Positions 1 to 11,768 of a stretch of 64,000 nucleotides of DNA are shown one piece after another. The position numbers and the translations under genes were made by a program. Source of the stretch: Auanema rhodensis (Eukaryota > Animalia > Nematoda). The stretch lies in contig OZ059894.1 in NCBI GenBank assembly GCA_964057225.1, positions 3,472,001 through 3,536,000 on the forward strand, read 5' to 3'. The notes beneath the pieces are model-generated. The model did not search any database, was not told where the DNA came from, and saw nothing but the letters and a program-made list of their open reading frames with translations. The first letter of the stretch is position 1, and every line of letters starts with the position of its first letter.

Positions 1-135
1 ACGTAAAAATTAGTTTTTTAGGGTGAAAATCGAGGATATAGGTGTGAACTTATATCAGTTGATATCTTGTTGCATTTTTAAGCTACCGCAAATCTGATAA
101 CACAGATCGACGCAGCTTAAAAATCCGCATCGAAT
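1..135 (+). repeat. Diverged partial monomer of 351-bp satellite SatB (array probably continues left of the window)
   Basis: Matches the SatB segment gggtgaaaatcgaggatata...atctgataacacagatcgacgcagcttaaaaatccgcatcgaat seen from 11776 onward, in the same orientation, with several substitutions. Confidence 0.95.
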
Positions 136-339
136 AAGGAAAACCTTGACAAGGAAAACCTTGAGAACTCCACGAGTATTTTCATAGATGAGTCGAGAGA
201 TACGCTTTACTCCACCACGACGAGCAAGACGACGGATAGCAGGCTTGTTTATACCTTGGATGTTATCACGGAGAACCTTACGATGGCGTTTGGCTTCTCC
301 CTTTCCAAGACCTTTTCCTCCTTTAACACGTCCAGACAT
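136..339 (-). pseudogene. H4: Truncated, degenerate histone H4
   Basis: 339..151 encodes H4 residues 1-62 with five substitutions at near-invariant sites (G4V, G14E, T30N, G48R, E53N). A 15-bp duplication follows (KVFL-VKVFL), then the sequence runs into SatB. The C-terminal 40 aa and the stem-loop are missing. Confidence 0.93.
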
Positions 340-381
340 GCTGATCGAGCTGTGTGTTGAATAGTAACCCTAGCATTTACC

Positions 382-406
382 TTATATACTAGTGCTGTAG
401 AGGTCA
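382..406 (-). promoter_or_regulatory. H4 promoter: TGACCTC-N7-CTAGTATATAA (TATA box plus upstream element)
   Basis: TATATAA lies ~43 bp upstream of the H4 ATG. The same bipartite motif with the same spacing recurs at 2227-2251. TTTGCGCG lies immediately upstream. Confidence 0.65.
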
Positions 407-775
407 CCGCGCAAAAACCCATTGTAATCGCCACCAAGCATATTGGCGCTTAATTTTGCTGCTCAATTCTAAAAATGTATTTTTAAATTTCATATAAACG
501 ATAAGAATAACATAAACAACTGTTTATTTGCGAACAAACGTAGAATAGAAGCATGTGAGGCATTAGATATGATAACTGTTGTTGTTATCAACATGAAAGC
601 ATAATTAATGAAATTCATAAAAAAAAATGAAGATGGATATGGAATATCAAAGACAGGGATTCTCCTTTACATAACAACAAAACATATCATATCAATTAAC
701 ATTACATAGCAAAAAAAGACAAGACAGACACAGTATTATATTATAAATCATTATGAATACATCAAATTTAAGTGT

Positions 776-791
776 GGCCCTGAAGAGGGCC
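776..791 (-). other. Histone mRNA 3' stem-loop (SLBP-binding element) of the H3 gene
   Basis: The minus strand reads AACCCAAC-GGCCCT-CTTC-AGGGCC-ACA, a 6-bp stem with a 4-nt loop, 26 nt after the H3 stop codon. Confidence 0.95.
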
Positions 792-817
792 GTTGGGTTA
801 TGTAACGTTTCAAGTGC

Positions 818-1321
<504 letters not shown>

Positions 1322-1704
1322 TCACTATTTTGGTATTTTGACTATAAATATATTAAATCGGATCATAGCTACATAAATAAAGTGTTACAGTAATAAGGAC
1401 AAAAACTTAGTAACTGTGCGTTGATTGGAATGTAATAGTAAATTGTATTAAAACATTCACTGTTCCATTTAAAAAATAATTGTCTTCACGTATTATATAG
1501 TAAAATTTTTAATTAGAATACACTTGACCAATTATGGATATTTCAACATCATTATAGCAAACATCTTAAAATTAACTAAATGCACCACTTGACAAGAGTT
1601 ACTCATCTCATAAGAATTACATCAATATTAAGAAGCTCAAAAAAACTAACTATAACAACAACCGATCAACTGCCATCTGTTTCAAAAATGAAATATCAAT
1701 CAAA

Positions 1705-2052
1705 ATTATTGAACACGCCAGTTTGTTATTATATTTATTTTTATATTATTTTATATTATATTTGTTTATAAATATTAGGTCCTGCATGGAAATTCCTTTT
1801 GTTCACTAAAAAACACGGTACGCAATTCGGGCAACACATTGTCTGGAATAATGTTGAAGCTCCAGTTAATTTATGCAATTAAGTTATTTTGTTAAAAGTT
1901 AGCTTTACTTTCGTAATTCATTATTGAACACGCCAGTTTGTTATTATATTTATTTTTATATTATTTTATATTATATTTGTTTATAAGTATTAGGTCCTGC
2001 ATGGAAATTCCTTTTGTTCACTAAAAAACACGGTACGCAATTCGGGCAACAC
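1705..2052 (+). repeat. 133-bp direct repeat (1705-1837 and 1920-2052)
   Basis: attattgaacacgccag...gcaattcgggcaacac occurs twice with an offset of 215 bp. One mismatch was seen. Confidence 0.93.
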
Positions 2053-2067
2053 TTTTTTTTTTTTTTT
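2053..2067. repeat. Poly(T)15 tract at the end of the second direct-repeat copy
   Basis: Fifteen consecutive T, followed by further T-rich sequence to ~2118. Confidence 0.9.
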
Positions 2068-2226
2068 ACTTTTTTATTTGGATGTGACATTACTTCCTTT
2101 TTTTTATTTGTGATTTTTCGATCATCTATATTTTAGTTATTATTATTTAAATATACACAATGTATATTTAAAACACTTTTGTAGCATCTTGTTATTATGA
2201 TCATGCTCAAATGAGTTGTTGCAGGT

Positions 2227-2251
2227 TGACCTCCCTGGTCCTAGTATATAA
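2227..2251 (+). promoter_or_regulatory. Histone-promoter-like element at the head of SatA
   Basis: TGACCTC-cctggtc-CTAGTATATAA. All 18 fixed positions and the 7-nt spacing match the H4 upstream element. Confidence 0.6.
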
Positions 2252-2356
2252 TGAAGAAAATTCTTCACTTCATCTCCTGGTTTGCGCGCTAACTAACATA
2301 CAGGTCAGCAAAGGGAGTGGCACAATAACAGTTCATTCGTCAGCGTAAGAATAACC

Positions 2357-2428
2357 ATGCCACCCAAGACATCCGCCAAGGGAGCTGAAGAAACGGAGAG
2401 AAGAAGAAGAGAAATTCCTGAAAGTAAG
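2357..2428 (+). pseudogene. First (most divergent) H2B-like 5' fragment of SatA
   Basis: ATG CCA CCC AAG ACA TCC GCC AAG GGA GCT = MPPKTSAKGA. It is preceded by TTCATTCG (histone cap-site-like YCATTCR) at ~2332. No histone-fold sequence follows. Confidence 0.65.
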
Positions 2429-3250
2429 TTTTTAAGTTTTTAATGTTTAAATAATTCAAATAATTTCGAGTTGAATCAAATGTGTTTATCTATATTTTAG
2501 TTATTATTATTTAAATAAACACAATTCTTATAGTAAAGCTTCTAACCAGAGTTGGGAGAATGGGGGCGTGGTTTGCGCGCTAACTAACATATAGGTCAGC
2601 AAAGGAAGTTGTACAATAACAGTTGATTCGTCAGCGTAGGAATAACCATGCCACCCAAGCCATCCGCCAAGGGAGCTGAAGACAAAGGAGAGAAGAAGAA
2701 GAGAAATTCCTGAAAGTAAGTTTTTAATGTTTAAATAATTCAAATAATTTCAAGTTGAATCAAATGTCTTTATCTATATTTTAGTTATTATTATTTAAAT
2801 ATACACAATTCTTATAGTAAAGCTTCTAACCAGAGTTGGGAGAATGGGGGCGTGGTTTGCGTGCTAACTAACATATAGGTCAGCAAAGGGAATTGTACAA
2901 TAACAGTTGATACGTCAGCGTAGGAATAACCATGCCATCCAAGCCATCCGCCAAGGGAGCTGAAAAAGAGAAATTCCAGAAAGTAAGTTTATATCAATAG
3001 TTTTCATGTAAAACAGCCTTTTATGAGGAAATTTAAAGTTTTTAATGTTTAAATAATTCAAATAATTTCAAGTTGAATCAAATGTCTTTATCTATATTTT
3101 AGTATATTATTATTTAAATATACACAATTCTTATAGTAAAGCTTCTAACCAGAGTTGGGAGAATGGGGGCGTGGTTTTCGCACTAACTAACATATAGGTC
3201 AGCAAAGGGAGTTGTACAATAACAGTTGATTCGTCAGCGTAGGAATAACC

Positions 3251-3316
3251 ATGCCACCCAAGCCATCCGCCAAGGGAGCTGAAGAGAAAGGAGAGAAGAA
3301 GAAGAGAAATTCCTGA
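3251..3316 (+). pseudogene. Representative H2B N-terminal-tail mini-ORF of a 292-bp SatA monomer (MPPKPSAKGAEEKGEKKKRNS*)
   Basis: The first 10 aa match the nematode H2B N-terminus (M/A)PPKPSAKGA as recalled. KGEKKKRNS(R)K resembles the basic patch before ESY. The stop TGA is AGA (Arg) in the 319-bp monomers. Confidence 0.65.
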
Positions 3317-6300
3317 AAGTAAGTTTTTAAGTTTTTAATGTTTAAATAATTCAAATAATTTCAAGTTGAATCAAATGTCTGTATCTATATTTTAGTTATT
3401 ATTATTTAAATATACACAATTCTTATAGTAAAGCTTCTAACCAGAGTTGGGAGAATGGAAGCGTGGTTTGCGTGCTAACTAACATATAGGTCAGCAAAGG
3501 GAGTTGTACAATAACAGTTGATACGTCAGCGTAGGAATAACCATGCCACCCAAGCCATCCGCCAAGGGAGCTGAAGAAGAGAAATTCCAGAAAGTAAGTT
3601 TATATCAATAGTTTTCATGTAAAACAGCCTTTTATGAGGAAATTTAAAGTTTTTAATTTTTAAATAATTCAAATAATTTCAAGTTGAATCAAATGTCTTT
3701 ATGTATATTTTAGTATATTATTATTCAAGTATACACAATTCTTATAGTAAAGCTTCTAACCAGAGTTGGGAGAATGGGGGCGTGGTTTGCGCGCTAACTA
3801 TCATATAGGTCAGCAAAGGGAGTTGTACAATAACAGTTGATTCGTCAGCGTAGGAATAACCATGCCACCCAAGCCATCCGCCAAGGGAGCTGAAGAAGAG
3901 AAATTCCAGAAAGTAAGTTTATATCAATAGTTTTCATGTAAAACAGCCTTTTATGAGGAAATTTAAAGTTTTTAATGTTTAAATAATTCAAATAATTTCA
4001 AGTTGAATCAAATGTCTTTATCTATATTTTAGTATATTATTATTTAAATATACACAATTCTTATAGTAAAGCTTCTAACCAGAGTTGGGAGAATGGGGGC
4101 GTGGTTTTCGCACTAACTAACATATAGGTCAGCAAAGGGAGTTGTACAATAACAGTTGATTCGTCAGCGTAGGAATAACCATGCCACCCAAGCCATCCGC
4201 CAAGGGAGCTGAAGAGAAAGGAGAGAAGAAGAAGAGAAATTCCTGAAAGTAAGTTTTTAAGTTTTTAATGTTTAAATAATTCAAATAATTTCAAGTTGAA
4301 TCAAATGTCTGTATCTATATTTTAGTTATTATTATTTAAATATACACAATTCTTATAGTAAAGCTTCTAACCAGAGTTGGGAGAATGGAAGCGTGGTTTG
4401 CGTGCTAACTAACATATAGGTCAGCAAAGGGAGTTGTACAATAACAGTTGATACGTCAGCGTAGGAATAACCATGCCACCCAAGCCATCCGCCAAGGGAG
4501 CTGAAGAAGAGAAATTCCAGAAAGTAAGTTTATATCAATAGTTTTCATGTAAAACAGCCTTTTATGAGGAAATTTAAAGTTTTTAATTTTTAAATAATTC
4601 AAATAATTTCAAGTTGAATCAAATGTCTTTATGTATATTTTAGTACATTATTATTCAAGTATACACAATTCTTATAGTAAAGCTTCTAACCAGAGTTGGG
4701 AGAATGGGGGCGTGGTTTGCGCGCTAACTAACGTATAGGTCAGCAAAGGGAGTTGTACAATAACAGTTGATTCGTCAGCGTAGGAATAACCATGCCACCC
4801 AAGCCATCCGCCAAGGGAGCTGAAGAGAAAGGAGAGAAGAAGAAGAGAAATTTCTGAAAGTGAGTTTTCAAGTTTTTAATGTTTAAATAATTCAAATAAT
4901 TTCAAGTTGAATCAAATGTCTTTATCTATATTTTAGTTATTATTATTCAAATATACACAATTCTTATAGTAAAGCTTCTAACCAGAGTTGGGAGAATGGG
5001 GGCGTGGTTTGCGCGCTAACTATCATATAGGTCAGCAAAGGGAGTTGTACAATAACAGTTGATTCGTCAGCGTAGGAATAACCATGCCACCCAAGCCATC
5101 CGCCAAGGGAGCTGAAAAAGAGAAATTCCAGAAAGTAAGTTTATATCAATAGTTTTCATGTAAAACAGCCTTTTATGAGGAAATTTAAAGTTTTTAATGT
5201 TTAAATAATTCAAATAATTTCAAGTTGAATCAAATGTCTTTATCTATATTTTAGTATATTATTATTTAAATATACACAATTCTTATAGTAAAGCTTCTAA
5301 CCAGAGTTGGGAGAATGGGGGCGTGGTTTTCGCACTAACTAACATATAGGTCAGCAAAGGGAGTTGTACAATAACAGTTGATTCGTCAGCGTAGGAATAA
5401 CCATGCCACCCAAGCCATCCGCCAAGGGAGCTGAAGAGAAAGGAGAGAAGAAGAAGAGAAATTCCTGAAAGTAAGTTTTTAAGTTTTTAATGTTTAAATA
5501 ATTCAAATAATTTCAAGTTGAATCAAATGTCTGTATCTATATTTTAGTTATTATTATTTAAATATACACAATTCTTATAGTAAAGCTTCTAACCAGAGTT
5601 GGGAGAATGGAAGCGTGGTTTGCGTGCTAACTAACATATAGGTCAGCAAAGGGAGTTGTACAATAACAGTTGATACGTCAGCGTAGGAATAACCATGCCA
5701 CCCAAGCCATCCGCCAAGGGAGCTGAAGAAGAGAAATTCCAGAAAGTAAGTTTATATCAATAGTTTTCATGTAAAACAGCCTTTTATGAGGAAATTTAAA
5801 GTTTTTAATTTTTAAATAATTCAAATAATTTCAAGTTGAATCAAATGTCTTTATGTATATTTTAGTATATTATTATTCAAGTATACACAATTCTTATAGT
5901 AAAGCTTCTAACCAGAGTTGGGAGAATGGGGGCGTGGTTTGCGCGCTAACTATCATATAGGTCAGCAAAGGGAGTTGTACAATAACAGTTGATTCGTCAG
6001 CGTAGGAATAACCATGCCACCCAAGCCATCCGCCAAGGGAGCTGAAGAAGAGAAATTCCAGAAAGTAAGTTTATATCAATAGTTTTCATGTAAAACAGCC
6101 TTTTATGAGGAAATTTAAAGTTTTTAATGTTTAAATAATTCAAATAATTTCAAGTTGAATCAAATGTCTTTATCTATATTTTAGTATATTATTATTTAAA
6201 TATACACAATTCTTATAGTAAAGCTTCTAACCAGAGTTGGGAGAATGGGGGCGTGGTTTTCGCACTAACTAACATATAGGTCAGCAAAGGGAGTTGTACA

Positions 6301-9300
6301 ATAACAGTTGATTCGTCAGCGTAGGAATAACCATGCCACCCAAGCCATCCGCCAAGGGAGCTGAAGAGAAAGGAGAGAAGAAGAAGAGAAATTCCTGAAA
6401 GTAAGTTTTTAAGTTTTTAATGTTTAAATAATTCAAATAATTTCAAGTTGAATCAAATGTCTGTATCTATATTTTAGTTATTATTATTTAAATATACACA
6501 ATTCTTATAGTAAAGCTTCTAACCAGAGTTGGGAGAATGGAAGCGTGGTTTGCGTGCTAACTAACATATAGGTCAGCAAAGGGAGTTGTACAATAACAGT
6601 TGATACGTCAGCGTAGGAATAACCATGCCACCCAAGCCATCCGCCAAGGGAGCTGAAGAAGAGAAATTCCAGAAAGTAAGTTTATATCAATAGTTTTCAT
6701 GTAAAACAGCCTTTTATGAGGAAATTTAAAGTTTTTAATTTTTAAATAATTCAAATAATTTCAAGTTGAATCAAATGTCTTTATGTATATTTTAGTATAT
6801 TATTATTCAAGTATACACAATTCTTATAGTAAAGCTTCTAACCAGAGTTGGGAGAATGGGGGCGTGGTTTGCGCGCTAACTAACGTATAGGTCAGCAAAG
6901 GGAGTTGTACAATAACAGTTGATTCGTCAGCGTAGGAATAACCATGCCACCCAAGCCATCCGCCAAGGGAGCTGAAGAGAAAGGAGAGAAGAAGAAGAGA
7001 AATTCCTGAAAGTGAGTTTTCAAGTTTTTAATGTTTAAATAATTCAAATAATTTCAAGTTGAATCAAATGTCTTTATCTATATTTTAGTTATTATTATTC
7101 AAATATACACAATTCTTATAGTAAAGCTTCTAACCAGAGTTGGGAGAATGGGGGCGTGGTTTGCGCGCTAACTAACGTATAGGTCAGCAAAGGGAGTTGT
7201 ACAATAACAGTTGATTCGTCAGCGTAGGAATAACCATGCCACCCAAGCCATCCGCCAAGGGAGCTGAAGAGAAAGGAGAGAAGAAGAAGAGAAATTCCTG
7301 AAAGTGAGTTTTCAAGTTTTTAATGTTTAAATAATTCAAATAATTTCAAGTTGAATCAAATGTCTTTATCTATATTTTAGTATATTATTATTTAAATATA
7401 CACAATTCTTATAGTAAAGCTTCTAACCAGAGTTGGGAGAATGGGGGCGTGGTTTTCGCACTAACTAACATATAGGTCAGCAAAGGGAGTTGTACAATAA
7501 CAGTTGATTCGTCAGCGTAGGAATAACCATGCCACCCAAGCCATCCGCCAAGGGAGCTGAAGAGAAAGGAGAGAAGAAGAAGAGAAATTCCTGAAAGTAA
7601 GTTTTTAAGTTTTTAATGTTTAAATAATTCAAATAATTTCAAGTTGAATCAAATGTCTGTATCTATATTTTAGTTATTATTATTTAAATATACACAATTC
7701 TTATAGTAAAGCTTCTAACCAGAGTTGGGAGAATGGAAGCGTGGTTTGCGTGCTAACTAACATATAGGTCAGCAAAGGGAGTTGTACAATAACAGTTGAT
7801 ACGTCAGCGTAGGAATAACCATGCCACCCAAGCCATCCGCCAAGGGAGCTGAAGAAGAGAAATTCCAGAAAGTAAGTATATATCAATAGTTTTCATGTAA
7901 AACAGCCTTTTATGAGGAAATTTAAAGTTTTTAATTTTTAAATAATTCAAATAATTTCAAGTTGAATCAAATGTCTTTATGTATATTTTAGTATATTATT
8001 ATTCAAGTATACACAATTCTTATAGTAAAGCTTCTAACCAGAGTTGGGAGAATGGGGGCGTGGTTTGCGCGCTAACTATCATATAGGTCAGCAAAGGGAG
8101 TTGTACAATAACAGTTGATTCGTCAGCGTAGGAATAACCATGCCACCCAAGCCATCCGCCAAGGGAGCTGAAGAAGAGAAATTCCAGAAAGTAAGTTTAT
8201 ATCAATAGTTTTCATGTAAAACAGCCTTTTATGAGGAAATTTAAAGTTTTTAATGTTTAAATAATTCAAATAATTTCAAGTTGAATCAAATGTCTTTATC
8301 TATATTTTAGTATATTATTATTTAAATATACACAATTCTTATAGTAAAGCTTCTAACCAGAGTTGGGAGAATGGGGGCGTGGTTTTCGCACTAACTAACA
8401 TATAGGTCAGCAAAGGGAGTTGTACAATAACAGTTGATTCGTCAGCGTAGGAATAACCATGCCACCCAAGCCATCCGCCAAGGGAGCTGAAGAGAAAGGA
8501 GAGAAGAAGAAGAGAAATTCCTGAAAGTAAGTTTTTAAGTTTTTAATGTTTAAATAATTCAAATAATTTCAAGTTGAATCAAATGTCTGTATCTATATTT
8601 TAGTTATTATTATTTAAATATACACAATTCTTATAGTAAAGCTTCTAACCAGAGTTGGGAGAATGGAAGCGTGGTTTGCGTGCTAACTAACATATAGGTC
8701 AGCAAAGGGAGTTGTACAATAACAGTTGATACGTCAGCGTAGGAATAACCATGCCACCCAAGCCATCCGCCAAGGGAGCTGAAGAAGAGAAATTCCAGAA
8801 AGTAAGTTTATATCAATAGTTTTCATGTAAAACAGCCTTTTATGAGGAAATTTAAAGTTTTTAATGTTTAAATAATTCAAATAATTTCAAGTTGAATCAA
8901 ATGTCTTTATCTATATTTTAGTATATTATTATTTAAATATACACAATTCTTATAGTAAAGCTTCTAACCAGAGTTGGGAGAATGGGGGCGTGGTTTTCGC
9001 ACTAACTAACATATAGGTCAGCAAAGGGAGTTGTACAATAACAGTTGATTCGTCAGCGTAGGAATAACCATGCCACCCAAGCCATCCGCCAAGGGAGCTG
9101 AAGAGAAAGGAGAGAAGAAGAAGAGAAATTCCTGAAAGTAAGTTTTTAAGTTTTTAATGTTTAAATAATTCAAATAATTTCAAGTTGAATCAAATGTCTG
9201 TATCTATATTTTAGTTATTATTATTTAAATATACACAATTCTTATAGTAAAGCTTCTAACCAGAGTTGGGAGAATGGAAGCGTGGTTTGCGTGCTAACTA

Positions 9301-11665
9301 ACATATAGGTCAGCAAAGGGAGTTGTACAATAACAGTTGATACGTCAGCGTAGGAATAACCATGCCACCCAAGCCATCCGCCAAGGGAGCTGAAGAAGAG
9401 AAATTCCAGAAAGTAAGTTTATATCAATAGTTTTCATGTAAAACAGCCTTTTATGAGGAAATTTAAAGTTTTTAATTTTTAAATAATTCAAATAATTTCA
9501 AGTTGAATCAAATGTCTTTATGTATATTTTAGTATATTATTATTCAAGTATACACAATTCTTATAGTAAAGCTTCTAACCAGAGTTGGGAGAATGGGGGC
9601 GTGGTTTGCGCGCTAACTAACGTATAGGTCAGCAAAGGGAGTTGTACAATAACAGTTGATTCGTCAGCGTAGGAATAACCATGCCACCCAAGCCATCCGC
9701 CAAGGGAGCTGAAGAGAAAGGAGAGAAGAAGAAGAGAAATTCCTGAAAGTGAGTTTTCAAGTTTTTAATGTTTAAATAATTCAAATAATTTCAAGTTGAA
9801 TCAAATGTCTTTATCTATATTTTAGTTATTATTATTCAAATATACACAATTCTTATAGTAAAGCTTCTAACCAGAGTTGGGAGAATGGGGGCGTGGTTTG
9901 CGCGCTAACTATCATTTAGGTCAGCAAAGGGAGTTGTACAATAACAGTTGATTCGTCAGCGTAGGAATAACCATGCCACCCAAGCCATCCGCCAAGGGAG
10001 CTGAAGAGAAAGGAGAGAAGAAGAAGAGAAATTCCTGAAAGTGAGTTTTCAAGTTTTTAATGTTTAAATAATTCAAATAATTTCAAGTTGAATCAAATGT
10101 CTTTATCTATATTTTAGTTATTATTATTCAAATATACACAATTCTTATAGTAAAGCTTCTAACCAGAGTTGGGAGAATGGGGGCGTGGTTTGCGCGCTAA
10201 CTATCATATAGGTCAGCAAAGGGAGTTGTACAATAACAGTTGATTCGTCAGCGTAGGAATAACCATGCCACCCAAGCCATCCGCCAAGGGAGCTGAAGAA
10301 GAGAAATTCCAGAAAGTAAGTTTATATCAATAGTTTTCATGTAAAACAGCCTTTTATGAGGAAATTTAAAGTTTTTAATGTTTAAATAATTCAAATAATT
10401 TCAAGTTGAATCAAATGTCTTTATCTATATTTTAGTATATTATTATTTAAATATACACAATTCTTATAGTAAAGCTTCTAACCAGAGTTGGGAGAATGGG
10501 GGCGTGGTTTTCGCACTAACTAACATATAGGTCAGCAAAGGGAGTTGTACAATAACAGTTGATTCGTCAGCGTAGGAATAACCATGCCACCCAAGCCATC
10601 CGCCAAGGGAGCTGAAGAGAAAGGAGAGAAGAAGAAGAGAAATTCCTGAAAGTAAGTTTTTAAGTTTTTAATGTTTAAATAATTCAAATAATTTCAAGTT
10701 GAATCAAATGTCTGTATCTATATTTTAGTTATTATTATTTAAATATACACAATTCTTATAGTAAAGCTTCTAACCAGAGTTGGGAGAATGGAAGCGTGGT
10801 TTGCGTGCTAACTAACATATAGGTCAGCAAAGGGAGTTGTACAATAACAGTTGATTCGTCAGCGTAGGAATAACCATGCCACCCAAGCCATCCGCCAAGG
10901 GAGCTGAAGAAGAGAAATTCCAGAAAGTAAGTTTATATCAATAGTTTTCATGTAAAACAGCCTTTTATGAGGAAATTTAAAGTTTTTAACTTTTAAATAA
11001 TTCAAATAATTTCAAGTTGAATCAAATGTCTTTATGTATATTTTAGTATATTATTATTCAAGTATACACAATTCTTATAGTAAAGCTTCTAACCAGAGTT
11101 GGGAGAATGGGGGCGTGGTTTGCGCGCTAACTAACGTATAGGTCAGCAAAGGGAGTTGTACAATAACAGTTGATTCGTCAGCGTAGGAATAACCATGCCA
11201 CCCAAGCCATCCGCCAAGGGAGCTGAAGAGAAAGGAGAGAAGAAGAAGAGAAATTCCTGAAAGTGAGTTTTCAAGTTTTTAATGTTTAAATAATTCAAAT
11301 AATTTCAAGTTGAATCAAATGTCTTTATCTATATTTTAGTTATTATTATTCAAATATACACAATTCTTATAGTAAAGCTTCTAACCAGAGTTGGGAGAAT
11401 GGGGGCGTGGTTTGCGCGCTAACTATCATATAGGTCAGCAAAGGGAGTTGTACAATAACAGTTGATTCGTCAGCGTAGGAATAACCATGCCACCCAAGCC
11501 ATCCGCCAAGGGAGCTGAAGAAAAGGAGAGAAGAAGAAGAGAAATTCCTGAAAGTAAGTTTTTAAGTTTTTAATGTTTAAATAATTCAAATAATTTCAAG
11601 TTGATTCAAATGTCTTTATCTATATCTTAGTTATTATTATTTAAATATACATAATTTTTGTAGTA

Positions 11666-11768
11666 AAGCTTCTAACCAGAGTTGGGAGAATGGGTAAGGA
11701 TAAGCTTCTAACCAGAGTTGGGAGAATGGGTAAGGATAAGCTTCTAACCAGAGTTGGGAGAATGGGGG
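11666..11768 (+). repeat. Three tandem copies of a 36-bp SatA sub-fragment at the SatA/SatB border
   Basis: aagcttctaaccagagttgggagaatggg starts at 11666, 11702 and 11738, joined by the linker taaggat. Confidence 0.95.

Noticed and set aside
55-135. C-terminal extension of the 94-aa H4 ORF as a novel H4 variant
   Set aside because: The extension is read-through into SatB sequence. The histone fold is incomplete and carries damaging substitutions.
1580-1771. 63-aa ORF in the spacer upstream of H3
   Set aside because: Low-complexity AT-rich sequence running into the direct repeat, with no coding signature.
3279-3325. Hammerhead-ribozyme-like CTGAAGA...GAAA in SatA (hammerheads are known in some satellites)
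   Set aside because: No complementary strands for stems I and III were found and stem II is poor. The motif is explained by Glu/Lys codons. An Infernal search would settle it.
2528-7886. Hydrophobic minus-strand ORFs in SatA (2528-2743, 7701-7886) resembling membrane peptides
   Set aside because: Antisense of the GA-rich tract. They appear only in copies with chance indels or SNPs.
11666-11768. 36-bp periodic repeat resembling a CRISPR array
   Set aside because: The linkers are identical 7-mers rather than unique spacers. The context is eukaryotic and there are no cas genes.
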